Source: a virus
Taxonomy: Duplodnaviria > Heunggongvirae > Uroviricota > Caudoviricetes
Reading direction: 5' to 3' (one strand)
IMG/VR virus record: IMGVR_UViG_2740892236_000001
Coordinates: 1 to 29,722 of that record
DNA length: 29,722 bases
Shown: piece after piece, positions 1 to 8,514 of the stretch
Layout of the letters: every line of letters begins with the position of its first letter
How positions within the stretch are numbered: the first letter of the stretch is position 1
Translations under genes and position numbers: made by a program
Notes under the pieces: generated by a model
Seen by the model: only the letters and a program-made list of their open reading frames with translations
Told to the model about the DNA's origin: nothing
Databases searched by the model: none

Positions 1-1048
1 GGTATGTGAGAAGACCAGCTACATCCTTTCCACTCAAATTGGTAAGCGTATTGTCCAGCGGTTGTTTACCTGCCAGCGCATTAAGCATTGTCGTGGCAAA
101 GTTCGGATCATTCCCCAGTGCCGCCGCCAGTTCGTTCAGTGTATCCAGTGCAGCAGGTGCAGAACCCACCATTCCTGCAATCGCCGATTTCACAAAAGCC
201 GTAGTGGCAATCTGTGTATTGTTGACCGACTGCGCCGCCGTGGGGGCTGTTGGCGTTCCGGTGAGTGCCGGACTCGACAACGGTGCTTTTAGTGCCAGCG
301 CATTGTTAATGGTAGTACTGAAATTCGGATCATTGTTAATGGCTGCGGCTATTTCTTTCAGCGTGTCCAGCGTGGCTGGCGCACCATTAATAAGGGCCGT
401 CAGTGCCGCCTGTACAAACGCAGTGGTCGCAACCTGCGTGGTATTATTCCCCGCCGCTGGCGTCGGCGCTTTGGGGGTTCCGGTAAATGTCGGGCTTTCT
501 TTGGGTGCATACTGTGAATGCGGGTCCGGTGCGGCAAGATGTTTTGCCATCTGATCATCCGCGTACACCTTCAGCTCCAGTGCCTTGTCATCCACATACT
601 TGCGGGTTGCCAGCACTACAGCAGGGTCGATTTTCAGGGTGATATTGTCCGTGCTGCTGGTAATCAGCACCATGCGCACGGTCTGAGTGCGCCCGCTACC
701 TTCAGCCAGTTGCGGCTTATAGCTTTCCGGGCAGTTTCCCACGGCAATCAATGCCCCGGATTCATCAAACAGGCCCACTTCACGTATCCACCAACCGCCC
801 TCGTTTTCAGGGATCACCTGTTCAGCAATAATCTGGCTGCTGTTCTGTGGGTCGATATAGAGCATATTCAGCGCAGCCCGACGTTTCTCATTTACCAGTG
901 CACTCTGCTTTGCGTCCGGCGTCGGCAATGTTCCGCCACCATCGCCCACCGCCATATGGGTAATTTTTAGCGGCACACCGAGCGCGGCGGCGCTGGCAAG
1001 TTTCGCCGCGCCAATATCCGTCAGCAGGGTATAAAATTTTGTGCTCAT
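1..1048 (-). CDS. H: tail fibre protein (gpH-like), N-terminal ~349 codons; gene runs off the left edge
   Basis: Not in the ORF track because it has no stop in the window. Manual minus-strand translation from the ATG at 1046-1048 gives MSTKFYTLLTDIGAAKLASAAALGVPLKITHMAVGDGGGTLPTPDAKQ..., resembling P2 gpH N-terminus. Start overlaps the gpI stop (ATGA). Confidence 0.8.
   Translation of the reverse strand, partial: MSTKFYTLLTDIGAAKLASAAALGVPLKITHMAVGDGGGTLPTPDAKQSALVNEKRRAALNMLYIDPQNSSQIIAEQVIPENEGGWWIREVGLFDESGALIAVGNCPESYKPQLAEGSGRTQTVRMVLITSSTDNITLKIDPAVVLATRKYVDDKALELKVYADDQMAKHLAAPDPHSQYAPKESPTFTGTPKAPTPAAGNNTTQVATTAFVQAALTALINGAPATLDTLKEIAAAINNDPNFSTTINNALALKAPLSSPALTGTPTAPTAAQSVNNTQIATTAFVKSAIAGMVGSAPAALDTLNELAAALGNDPNFATTMLNALAGKQPLDNTLTNLSGKDVAGLLTY
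88..520 (-). repeat. two diverged ~215-bp tandem units inside the tail fibre gene, encoding phage tail-fibre repeat motifs
   Basis: Segments ~88-300 and ~306-520 are visibly similar. Reverse-complement translation of one unit gives LDTLKEIAAAINNDPNF, a motif type seen in tail fibre proteins. Confidence 0.45.
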
Positions 1049-1650
1049 GGATTCACTCTCATTGTGTCAATAACATGGACCGCCCCGCCTTCATGCGCGG
1101 TGCCGCCAGAAATAATTGTTTCGTTGATATACGGATAGATCGTGATTTCTTCGCCAAGATAGCTGGCGGCTCCCACCCAATGCGGGCCGCTGGTCTGCAG
1201 ATTGATGGACATGCCGATCATGTGGCGGCTACATGGTTTGGCATCGCTTATCAGTCGCTCAAGTTCCAGATAGGTATCTTCAGTGATGCCCTGGTCCTGC
1301 ACACCGATATCCAGGCGAAACGTGCCCGGAGCCTCTCCGGTCTGCCACCACTCAATAATGCGGATCAGGAATCCGAACGGTTCCACCACCCGCCGCACGG
1401 CACTGGTGGTTCCTTTATGCTGATGAATATAAAAAGCATCCTTCACTACCTGGCGTTTGACGCTTTCTGTCCAGCCCTCGTCCCAGCGATCCACAGAGAA
1501 CGCCCAGGCGAGATAAGGCAGGAAGCTGACCGGACAGGTAGCCGGATTCCACAAGTCACGCAGCGGCACCTGCAGATCAGAAATCCCGCTACAGGTTTGC
1601 GCCAGTCGGCGCTCCAGTGAAGTTGAACCCGGTGGCAGCAGACTATTCAT
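1045..1650 (-). CDS. I: baseplate/tail protein I (gpI-like)
   Basis: 201-aa ORF in the position and size of P2 gpI, overlapping J upstream and H downstream. Confidence 0.8.
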   Translation of the reverse strand: MNSLLPPGSTSLERRLAQTCSGISDLQVPLRDLWNPATCPVSFLPYLAWAFSVDRWDEGWTESVKRQVVKDAFYIHQHKGTTSAVRRVVEPFGFLIRIIEWWQTGEAPGTFRLDIGVQDQGITEDTYLELERLISDAKPCSRHMIGMSINLQTSGPHWVGAASYLGEEITIYPYINETIISGGTAHEGGAVHVIDTMRVNP

Positions 1651-2590
1651 CCGTTCCTCCGTTGGTTACGCTCCACTGCGTACATGATGCCGCCTGTGTT
1701 TTGTTCAGGACCACATCCGCCAGAGGAGAAGCCAGCTCCACACGCTGCACACCCTCAACATGCAGGGCGGCAAAGATGGCGCTACGGCGAATATCCCGAC
1801 CAAGACGCGTCTGACTGGCGATGTACTTCTGCAGGCTGGCTTTTGCCGCTGCCATTACCGGCTCTGCTTCCGGTCCCGGATAGAGAAAAATGGTGGCTTC
1901 CACGCGATACGGGATGATTTCTGCGCTGCGAACCGTCAGACGGTCAGCCACCGGGCGGACGTTCTCACTGTTCAGAGCTTTTTCCACCACGTCCAGCAGG
2001 TCTTTTTCTGCAGTTCCATCGCCTTCGCGGCTAAGGACAGTCAGCACCACCTCTGCAGGTGCCGGGCTGGTTGCACTGGCATCCGCCACCCTACCGTCGG
2101 CGCTTCGGGCATGAAATTCATAAGCTGCAGTTGGCCCCGCAACAGAAAGCCCTTCAAAGGCTGCAGGCACACGCAGGCGTAACGCTTCATCGCTTTCCAT
2201 CACAGCTGCAACGGGCGGCACAGCATCATTATCAGCAGGCGTCACCGTCAGGCGTGTCACGTTGTAGTTGGCAGCGAGCTGGTCAAGATCGCCGCCCATC
2301 GCGTAAGCCACCATCACCGCCTGCGCGGCTTCGTTAATGCGCTGGCGCAGAAGCAACTCACGGTAAGCGTTCTCCTGCAACAATTTAGTGACGGGTTCAG
2401 ATTCCAGTTCCAACGTTCGGATCACGGCTTCCTGCTCATCTTTCGGATGAAGCGCCACAAATTCTGCCTTGCGTTCGGCAAGCAGCGTCTCAAAGTCCGG
2501 CACATCCACAATCTGCGGTGCGGGCAACTGCGAAAGGTCAATCACTGCCATTCTCTGCTCCTGTTGATACGGAAAGGGACACAGGCACAC
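1643..2590 (-). CDS. J: baseplate assembly protein J
   Basis: 315-aa ORF between W and I, size and position as P2 gpJ (~302 aa). Confidence 0.85.
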   Translation of the reverse strand: MCLCPFPYQQEQRMAVIDLSQLPAPQIVDVPDFETLLAERKAEFVALHPKDEQEAVIRTLELESEPVTKLLQENAYRELLLRQRINEAAQAVMVAYAMGGDLDQLAANYNVTRLTVTPADNDAVPPVAAVMESDEALRLRVPAAFEGLSVAGPTAAYEFHARSADGRVADASATSPAPAEVVLTVLSREGDGTAEKDLLDVVEKALNSENVRPVADRLTVRSAEIIPYRVEATIFLYPGPEAEPVMAAAKASLQKYIASQTRLGRDIRRSAIFAALHVEGVQRVELASPLADVVLNKTQAASCTQWSVTNGGTDE

Positions 2591-2897
2591 CGTTATTCCG
2601 CCGCCCGGTCAGCTCCACCACCATAGAACCGTCAAAGTTGCTGTTGATGGTGATGGAATCCAGCGTCAGCCGTGGCTCCCAGCGACTCAGCGCCACATAC
2701 ACTGCCGACATGACCTGCAGGCGTAATGCCGGATTTTGTGGCTGATCTATTAAAACCGACAGGAGGGAACCATATTCCCGGCGGGCAATACGGCTACCCT
2801 GCGGTGTCAGCAGAATGTCCCGCACCGACTGGCGCAGATGATCAATATCAGTAATGACTTTGCCGCTGGTATTGTTCATCCCGCTATAAGGCGTCAT
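2538..2897 (-). CDS. W: baseplate protein W (GPW/gp25 family)
   Basis: 119-aa ORF, MTPYSGMNNTSGKVITDIDHL...REYGSLL..., resembles P2 gpW; overlaps J as in P2. Confidence 0.85.
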   Translation of the reverse strand: MTPYSGMNNTSGKVITDIDHLRQSVRDILLTPQGSRIARREYGSLLSVLIDQPQNPALRLQVMSAVYVALSRWEPRLTLDSITINSNFDGSMVVELTGRRNNGVPVSLSVSTGAENGSD

Positions 2898-3472
2898 ACC
2901 GGGCCTCCGGTTGTATCGCCGCCTTTCAGGACGCCAGTATGCTGATGCGCATCAACCACGATCCCGTTAGAACTCATCGCTCCGCCGCCCTGGGTAACGC
3001 CACCATTGATCACCACTTCGCTGTTAATGCGCGTGCGGTCAGCCTCCAGTACAAACTCACTGGTTTTCATGGTGATGTTGTCAGCAGCCTCAATGACCAT
3101 TGATTTGATGCCCCTGACATACCAGCGCCCGGTGGCGGGTTCGTATTCAAACCAGCCACCGTCAGGATGTTCTGTCACGCAGGCGTCCGCCGACGTCGAC
3201 GGTGGTGCGAACTGATTCGAATAGACAGCGGGCAGCGCAAAGGCGGTTTCCAGATTGCCGCCCAGACTCAGCAGCACCACCTGCTCACCTTCCGATGGTC
3301 GCCACCATGTACGGGCATTCCCGGCACGCAGCGTCAGCCAGCTGATCCAGTTGGTTTCAAGCTCGCCCGTTTTCACCCGGCAAAGCCAGTTTTCCCTGTC
3401 CACTTCGGTGACTACCCCTGTGCGGATCAGGTTGGTGATAAGGCGCATGATTTCGGTTAATTGTGCGTTCAT
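2894..3472 (-). CDS. V: baseplate spike/assembly protein V
   Basis: 192-aa ORF with RTWWRPSEGEQVVLL and a C-terminal HQHTG...GG motif resembling P2 gpV. Confidence 0.85.
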   Translation of the reverse strand: MNAQLTEIMRLITNLIRTGVVTEVDRENWLCRVKTGELETNWISWLTLRAGNARTWWRPSEGEQVVLLSLGGNLETAFALPAVYSNQFAPPSTSADACVTEHPDGGWFEYEPATGRWYVRGIKSMVIEAADNITMKTSEFVLEADRTRINSEVVINGGVTQGGGAMSSNGIVVDAHQHTGVLKGGDTTGGPV

Positions 3473-3518
3473 AGGGAAAGGTTGCCATCAGGGGAAGAAA
3501 GGCGGCAGTGCTGCAACT

Positions 3519-3536
3519 TGTATCAGTGCTGATACA
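3519..3536. promoter_or_regulatory. palindromic TGT-N12-ACA element (TGTATCAGTGCTGATACA) upstream of V; candidate late-promoter activator site
   Basis: Read directly from the sequence in the S-V intergenic gap. Matches the TGT-N12-ACA dyad described for Ogr/Delta/B-activated P2-family late promoters. Confidence 0.4.
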
Positions 3537-3540
3537 AAGA

Positions 3541-3987
3541 TCACCCCGCCAGCCATTGCAGAATCATGTCGCGAGTCATTGCCTCAACATCATCATTTAC
3601 ACCCAGAAGGCGACGCTCTGCGTAACGCACCTCCGGTCCCTTACGACTGACGCGATCTCGCAGGCCGTAATGGTGAACGCGGGCAATGCGCTGCACCTTG
3701 CCTTCAAACTGCACGCTGGCAGAGTCGGTGCTGGCGGCAGTTTTCAGGTATTTTGTGGTGCGCAGCTTTGCAAACATCTGACGTTTGATACGGCCTTTTT
3801 TACTGCGTGCTGTTACCCGTCGCGGTTCATAGCTGCTGCCGTCAGGGTTGCGCTGCATCCTGATATTCTGCTGCTGTGTCCGGCGAAGTTCCTGCGCCAG
3901 CTGGCGCATCATGCGGCTTCTCGTGGCTGGTTCCAGATTCGCCAGCAAGGCACTCAGCCAGTCGTCCACCTTCTGCAGTTCAACCAC
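3541..3987 (-). CDS. S: tail completion / virion morphogenesis protein S
   Basis: 148-aa ORF in the P2 gpS position (~150 aa), overlapping R. Confidence 0.75.
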   Translation of the reverse strand: MVELQKVDDWLSALLANLEPATRSRMMRQLAQELRRTQQQNIRMQRNPDGSSYEPRRVTARSKKGRIKRQMFAKLRTTKYLKTAASTDSASVQFEGKVQRIARVHHYGLRDRVSRKGPEVRYAERRLLGVNDDVEAMTRDMILQWLAG

Positions 3988-4432
3988 GTTTCACCGTCCA
4001 CATTTCTTCAGGTGCATCAGGTTCCGCTATAGCTTCAACGCTCGACACACTGCCGTCAGTGCTGACCAGCACACGTTCCGTCAGTTGCAGGTTCAGGCTG
4101 ATATCACAGACATCGTTGCGCAGAATATCCACCTCAAAGGTGAATAGCTTTTCCCGTAACGCCGGGTTATTGATGGCATCGGGCTGGTTATCCCTCAGCC
4201 ACAGCAAAACCGGGGCCATCAGCAGATTCTGGTCGCCGCTGAAATCCTCTATCACCACGTTCAGGGTATAGCGGTACTCCCATGACATGGAGCTGGCCCC
4301 CGTGGCAACCAGCGAACCGTTATCCACAAACAGATGCAGTTTGTCCGGGTTATTGCGGACATAAGGCACCGCTTTATTGAGGGCGTGGCGCAGGGATTGT
4401 GGTTTGTTCACTGTTTCGCTCCTGACACGCAA
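3980..4432 (-). CDS. R: tail completion protein R
   Basis: 150-aa ORF in the P2 gpR position (~155 aa). Confidence 0.75.
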   Translation of the reverse strand: MRVRSETVNKPQSLRHALNKAVPYVRNNPDKLHLFVDNGSLVATGASSMSWEYRYTLNVVIEDFSGDQNLLMAPVLLWLRDNQPDAINNPALREKLFTFEVDILRNDVCDISLNLQLTERVLVSTDGSVSSVEAIAEPDAPEEMWTVKRG

Positions 4433-4664
4433 TAATCATGTCCACTTTGTCTGCACAGGCCGCCCAGGCGGCTTCCGTTTCATCCAGCAACGCGTTCAGA
4501 TCACCGTTAATGCGCGGCGCTGCCTGCTCCAGCCGACACGGCGTCACTCGCGGACAACCACTGACGGTAAGCTGCACCTCCGGTGAGTGCCGGACGTTCC
4601 CGCAGCCGGATAATGTCAGCAGGCAAAGGAGTATCAGCCCAGCGTCGTAAATCCTCGTTCTCAC
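4374..4664 (-). CDS. lysC: o-spanin lipoprotein (LysC/Rz1-like)
   Basis: 96-aa ORF with a lipoprotein-type signal (LLCLLTLSGCGN, lipobox Cys), overlapping the 3' end of the i-spanin gene out of frame and the start of R, as P2 lysC does. Confidence 0.6.
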   Translation of the reverse strand: MRTRIYDAGLILLCLLTLSGCGNVRHSPEVQLTVSGCPRVTPCRLEQAAPRINGDLNALLDETEAAWAACADKVDMIIACQERNSEQTTIPAPRPQ

Positions 4665-4935
4665 GTTTCAGTTCCTCAATCCGGCGTTGTCGTTGTCTCA
4701 GCAGTGCAATGGTCTGTTCTGCTTCGGCATAGAGCCGCGCCTGCTCCCGGTTATTGGTTTCAGTCAGAATGGACAGGCTGATAAGCTGGCTGTTGCTCTT
4801 TGCCAGCGCCTGACTTTTGCTCTGCAGTTCGTCTGCCTGCGTGCTGATGGTCTGGCTGGCATCAGCCAGACGCCACGTCTGCCAGCCCAGCGCCGCCAGT
4901 AATAACGCCAGCACAACCAGCAGCAACCGGTTCAT
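4507..4935 (-). CDS. lysB: i-spanin (LysB/Rz-like)
   Basis: 142-aa ORF with an N-terminal TM helix (LLLVVLALLLAALGW) and a charged coiled-coil-like region. Confidence 0.7.
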   Translation of the reverse strand: MNRLLLVVLALLLAALGWQTWRLADASQTISTQADELQSKSQALAKSNSQLISLSILTETNNREQARLYAEAEQTIALLRQRQRRIEELKRENEDLRRWADTPLPADIIRLRERPALTGGAAYRQWLSASDAVSAGAGSAAH

Positions 4936-5309
4936 GCGGCTACCTGTTGCGCCATCTGGTTACGTGTTATCCAGAAGGCAATAACGGTCAGCAGATAAAA
5001 GACCAGGGTAATGGCCCACCCCGTCCAGGCGAGACTGACGACAATCAGCAATCGCATCACCCAGCTGATAAATACGTTTTCTTTTCGGGTAATGCTCTTC
5101 AGCAAAGATGCCCTCAACTCCTGCCAGAGCGGGCCGTTCTTATTTAACGCAGCCAGTGCTACCGGAATTACTGCCCATGTCAGCAGACAGGCTACCCAGA
5201 CACCAGATGCTGCCAGTACCGGAAAAATCCCCTGTGGATACATCATTGTTGCGATCAACAGCCCCATCCATAACATCAGAAACAGCCCGCTGATTAATTT
5301 CTTTTTCAT
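4932..5309 (-). CDS. lysA: LysA-like multi-TM lysis protein (likely start at MKKKLISG)
   Basis: Internal ATG at 5307-5309 is preceded by GGGAG and lies just after the endolysin stop (TGA 5311-5313). About 125 aa with four predicted TM segments. The longer ORF to 5381 is probably an overcall. Confidence 0.65.
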   Translation of the reverse strand: MKKKLISGLFLMLWMGLLIATMMYPQGIFPVLAASGVWVACLLTWAVIPVALAALNKNGPLWQELRASLLKSITRKENVFISWVMRLLIVVSLAWTGWAITLVFYLLTVIAFWITRNQMAQQVAA

Positions 5310-5310
5310 T

Positions 5311-5823
5311 TCAGTTTGCTCCCTGTAAGCACCAGGCCATCTCCCGCGCACGGCGGTTATCCAGCCCCTGATTAAAAACACCTTTCACATAAACCCAGCG
5401 CGGCAACTGTCGGCACGCATCCGCCCAGCGCCGCTGGTTGAGTAATTTCACCAGCGTGGAACTGCAGGCATTGCCCGTTCCCACGTTGAAGGCAAACGAC
5501 ACCACCGCGTCATACACCTTCTGCGGCGGCTGTTGCTTCACACACCTTTCCATCGCCCGCTCCACACGCAGCACGTTGGAGATCAGCCCTTCCGCTGCCT
5601 GTCGTTCCGTAATGGTTTTGCCGGGAATGACGCCCGATGTATTACCAATGCCGTCGGTCCAGACACCCGCGCTGCACTGATACGGCTGCAGACGACAGCC
5701 TTCGTAATCGGCAATCAGTTTCAGCCCCTCCACGGAGGTGTGAAGCTGCTGAAAACCCGGCAGCGTGGCAGCAATAGCCAGCACGGTCCCGACAAGGCAG
5801 CGTTTAACGATTGATGGATTCAT
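5311..5823 (-). CDS. SAR-type endolysin (phage lysozyme, P21 R-like)
   Basis: 170 aa. Weakly hydrophobic Gly/Ala-rich N-terminus (LVGTVLAIAATLPGF) followed by lysozyme-like motifs (YEGCRLQPY...GVWTDGIGNT; FNVGTGN...STL) resembling the P21 endolysin. Confidence 0.8.
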   Translation of the reverse strand: MNPSIVKRCLVGTVLAIAATLPGFQQLHTSVEGLKLIADYEGCRLQPYQCSAGVWTDGIGNTSGVIPGKTITERQAAEGLISNVLRVERAMERCVKQQPPQKVYDAVVSFAFNVGTGNACSSTLVKLLNQRRWADACRQLPRWVYVKGVFNQGLDNRRAREMAWCLQGAN

Positions 5824-6019
5824 AGTCCTCCCGCGAGATCTGCCCGTCGCGCAGAAGCTGGTAGGCTTTGTGTTTGTAGTACCAGTTGATAGCCAGCATC
5901 AGCACACCAATCATCAGGCCGCCCAGCGTTGAGGCATCCTTGATGGACAAATCGCCCAGCCAGGCCAGCACGACGGCGATGCAATACGTGATAAAGGCGC
6001 TGATTCGCTCAAGCGTCAT
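5804..6019 (-). CDS. holin (2-TM, pinholin-like)
   Basis: 71-aa ORF with two predicted TM helices, immediately upstream of and overlapping the endolysin gene. Confidence 0.65.
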   Translation of the reverse strand: MTLERISAFITYCIAVVLAWLGDLSIKDASTLGGLMIGVLMLAINWYYKHKAYQLLRDGQISREDYESINR

Positions 6020-6022
6020 AAT

Positions 6023-6226
6023 TCAGTCCCATAGCTGGACGGTCTGCACGGTGGTGGTGGTCGGAATGTCCGGCAGCTCCACCTGCAGCCCGTGAGGTAA
6101 AAAGGGGCCGTATTCGGCAAGCCCCGGATTTGCCTTCAGTACCTGCTCCGTGACACCCTGCGTGCGCCCGTAATGACGCCAGCAAAGCGCGTCCACCGTG
6201 TCATACTGATGCGCACGCACTTTCAT
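6023..6226 (-). CDS. X: tail protein X
   Basis: 67-aa ORF MKVRAHQYDTVDALCWRHYGRTQG...NPGLAEYGPFLPHGLQVELPD, same length as and resembling P2 gpX. Confidence 0.85.
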   Translation of the reverse strand: MKVRAHQYDTVDALCWRHYGRTQGVTEQVLKANPGLAEYGPFLPHGLQVELPDIPTTTTVQTVQLWD

Positions 6227-6753
6227 CAGATAAGCTCCACTGTGCAGTGCGGCGCATCCTGCACCCGACTGATGGCCCAGCGGGCGTCACGCCACAAATC
6301 ACCGCTGGATTCCGCCAGTTCCTCGCCCCGCTTCACACCGGATGCCGTGGCGTCATAGTCCTGGTAACGTTCGTTGAGCATGGCGCGTGCCCAGCAGTAA
6401 ACCGCGTTGAAATAGTGCTGAATGCGCTCGCTTTTGCCGTCCAGTTGTTCCGCCGGGACTTCTGCCAGCGAGGCATACCCCAGCATCTGCTGGCGTCTGC
6501 GAAACTCATACAGCTCTGCGTTGACCTCCGAAATTGCCGACAGCGCAACCTGCTTTAAACGCGGCTGCGTCACCGTGCCGTCAGTGCGCATCACGCTGCG
6601 AAACTCCGACAGGTCCACATCAGGCCAGAACGGCGTGTTTCTGATGATTTCCGCCTGTTCCGGTGCCTGTTCTGGCGCAACAAACTTCATGCTGCTTTCT
6701 CCTGAAATAAAGGGCGGTGGACGGGGTTTTGATGTGGTAGAGCCTTTCGCCAC
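6226..6753 (-). CDS. L: head completion/stabilisation protein L
   Basis: 175-aa ORF in the P2 gpL position. True start may be the internal Met (MKFVAPEQ, ~6690). Confidence 0.8.
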   Translation of the reverse strand: MAKGSTTSKPRPPPFISGESSMKFVAPEQAPEQAEIIRNTPFWPDVDLSEFRSVMRTDGTVTQPRLKQVALSAISEVNAELYEFRRRQQMLGYASLAEVPAEQLDGKSERIQHYFNAVYCWARAMLNERYQDYDATASGVKRGEELAESSGDLWRDARWAISRVQDAPHCTVELI

Positions 6754-6785
6754 CCCGTGCCGCCCGTGCGCGGGGGCACGTTCTG

Positions 6786-7436
6786 TCAGCGGCTGTCATT
6801 GCGCAGTCTGCGCTCCAGCTGCTGTTTGTCTTTTTTCACGCCACAGCGGGGATCGAGCTGTAACGCATGGTTGAGATGGTTAAGGGCAGAAGCCGGATTG
6901 CTTTCACTCAGGACAGCGCCAATCGCTTTATGCAGACGCGCCCGTGACTGGTCCGGCATATCCAGACCGTCTGTCAGCTCCAGCGTCTGCAACAACAGAT
7001 CGGCATCAAAGCCGGTGGCGGCAAGCATTGCGCTCTGCGCCGCGTCTGCCATTTCCTCTGCCAGCACGGTCTGCACATTGCGGTTACCCAGCGGCATCAC
7101 CCAGCCATGACGCAGGGCATGACGCCCGATCTCCAGCGCCCCGGCATAATCTCCGGCATCAATGCGCCACAGCATCACGTACATCAGCACGTCATCCTGC
7201 TGTGCGCCTCCGGCAGTCAGGACACCCTCTGCCCAGGCGGCGTACTTCGGCAGCAGCTCCACCTTGATTTCCGCTTTTTTGACCGTGGACTGAACGCCCT
7301 TGAGACGGCGGCGGTCTTCCGCCAGTTGCAGCAGCATCAGGTCATAGCCCGACGCGTGGCGAACACTGCCGCCCTCGCGGGCGGCCTGTTCAGCCTGAAC
7401 GCGCAGGCGATGCTGCCGTGCGGGACTCAGGCTCAT
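6786..7436 (-). CDS. M: terminase endonuclease (small) subunit M
   Basis: 216-aa ORF; LRVQAEQAARE...GAQQDDVLMYVMLWRIDAGDYAGALEI resembles P2 gpM. Confidence 0.85.
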   Translation of the reverse strand: MSLSPARQHRLRVQAEQAAREGGSVRHASGYDLMLLQLAEDRRRLKGVQSTVKKAEIKVELLPKYAAWAEGVLTAGGAQQDDVLMYVMLWRIDAGDYAGALEIGRHALRHGWVMPLGNRNVQTVLAEEMADAAQSAMLAATGFDADLLLQTLELTDGLDMPDQSRARLHKAIGAVLSESNPASALNHLNHALQLDPRCGVKKDKQQLERRLRNDSR

Positions 7437-7439
7437 GGG

Positions 7440-8498
7440 TTACGCTCCGGTTTCTGCTGCAGCGGCGCTGAAATCGCCAATCTGGATGTTTTCCACCAGT
7501 GCAGCGCAGCGGTAGTCTTCAACCACATAGGCTTCGTTAACGGATTCAAAATTTTCAATCCGGTCACGTTTCGGGTTGTCGATAACTGAACGGCGGCGGG
7601 TGTCTTCCTGCCAGTAGATGGACAGGTTATCCAGACGGGTGATCAGCAGCGCATTCGGCGGGAAGAATGGCGCACGCACGGCCTGCAAGCCCCCCATGCG
7701 TTTCTGACTGATGATCATATCGGCAGCCAGTTTTTCACTGTTCTCCTGCTCTTTGTTGACCAGCGGGAAATACTTGTCAGACAGCAGTTCACGCCCGCAA
7801 ATCACCACCAGATCGTCATCGTCCTGGTAGACCACGTCGATAAGCTCATTGACGGCATCCATCACCACGGCGTCCAGGTTGGCATATTCGCCACCTTTCC
7901 CGACTTTCACCGTACCCGGTGTGGTTTCACCGCCCGTGGTGGTGCTGCCCATGACGTGATCCGGTGCATCCTCACGGATTTTCTGCAACCAGCCTTTGTT
8001 CACATCCTGCAGCAGCGGGTTTTCGCTACGGTTAGAGGTTTTCGCGCGCTTCACGCCGTTAAAGCCGATCATGATGCGGTCCAGTGCCTGACGTTTCACG
8101 ATGGCGTCACGGATACGCACCTGGAAATCCTGAAACTTCGCCCACAGGTCCAGCTTCGCGTAGGTCAGCACCGTGTCAAAGTTGGTCTGCTCGCATTTAT
8201 ATTCCACATCGACCATCAGCGTCGGATCGACAGGTTCACGCTCTTTCGCGGTGGTATCAGTGGTTCCGGCAATGGTGCTGCCAACACCCAGCCCCAGCAA
8301 CTGACCGGACTGCTCAGTCACTGGCGTGACGTTAATCAGTGTCAGGAAAGCGGCGGACTGCTGGATCTGGTCTTCCAGCGTCTGCTGCACGGACGGTTCG
8401 ACGGTGAACTTGCTGGACAGTTCTTCAACTGCCACACCGTTCAGACGCGCCAGCTGCTGCAGGTAAGCGTTAAAAGCAAAGCGGGTATTCTTCTTCAT
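7440..8498 (-). CDS. N: major capsid protein N
   Basis: 352-aa ORF, size and position of P2 gpN (~357 aa). Confidence 0.9.
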   Translation of the reverse strand: MKKNTRFAFNAYLQQLARLNGVAVEELSSKFTVEPSVQQTLEDQIQQSAAFLTLINVTPVTEQSGQLLGLGVGSTIAGTTDTTAKEREPVDPTLMVDVEYKCEQTNFDTVLTYAKLDLWAKFQDFQVRIRDAIVKRQALDRIMIGFNGVKRAKTSNRSENPLLQDVNKGWLQKIREDAPDHVMGSTTTGGETTPGTVKVGKGGEYANLDAVVMDAVNELIDVVYQDDDDLVVICGRELLSDKYFPLVNKEQENSEKLAADMIISQKRMGGLQAVRAPFFPPNALLITRLDNLSIYWQEDTRRRSVIDNPKRDRIENFESVNEAYVVEDYRCAALVENIQIGDFSAAAAETGA

Positions 8499-8514
8499 CG
8501 GGTTTTGTGCTCCA

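Noticed and set aside
6-970. Plus-strand ORFs (182, 76 and 150 aa) with repetitive Ala/Ser-rich translations
   Set aside because: They are antisense to the tail fibre gene on the minus strand, which the ORF track missed because it runs off the window edge. The repetitiveness mirrors the tail-fibre repeats.
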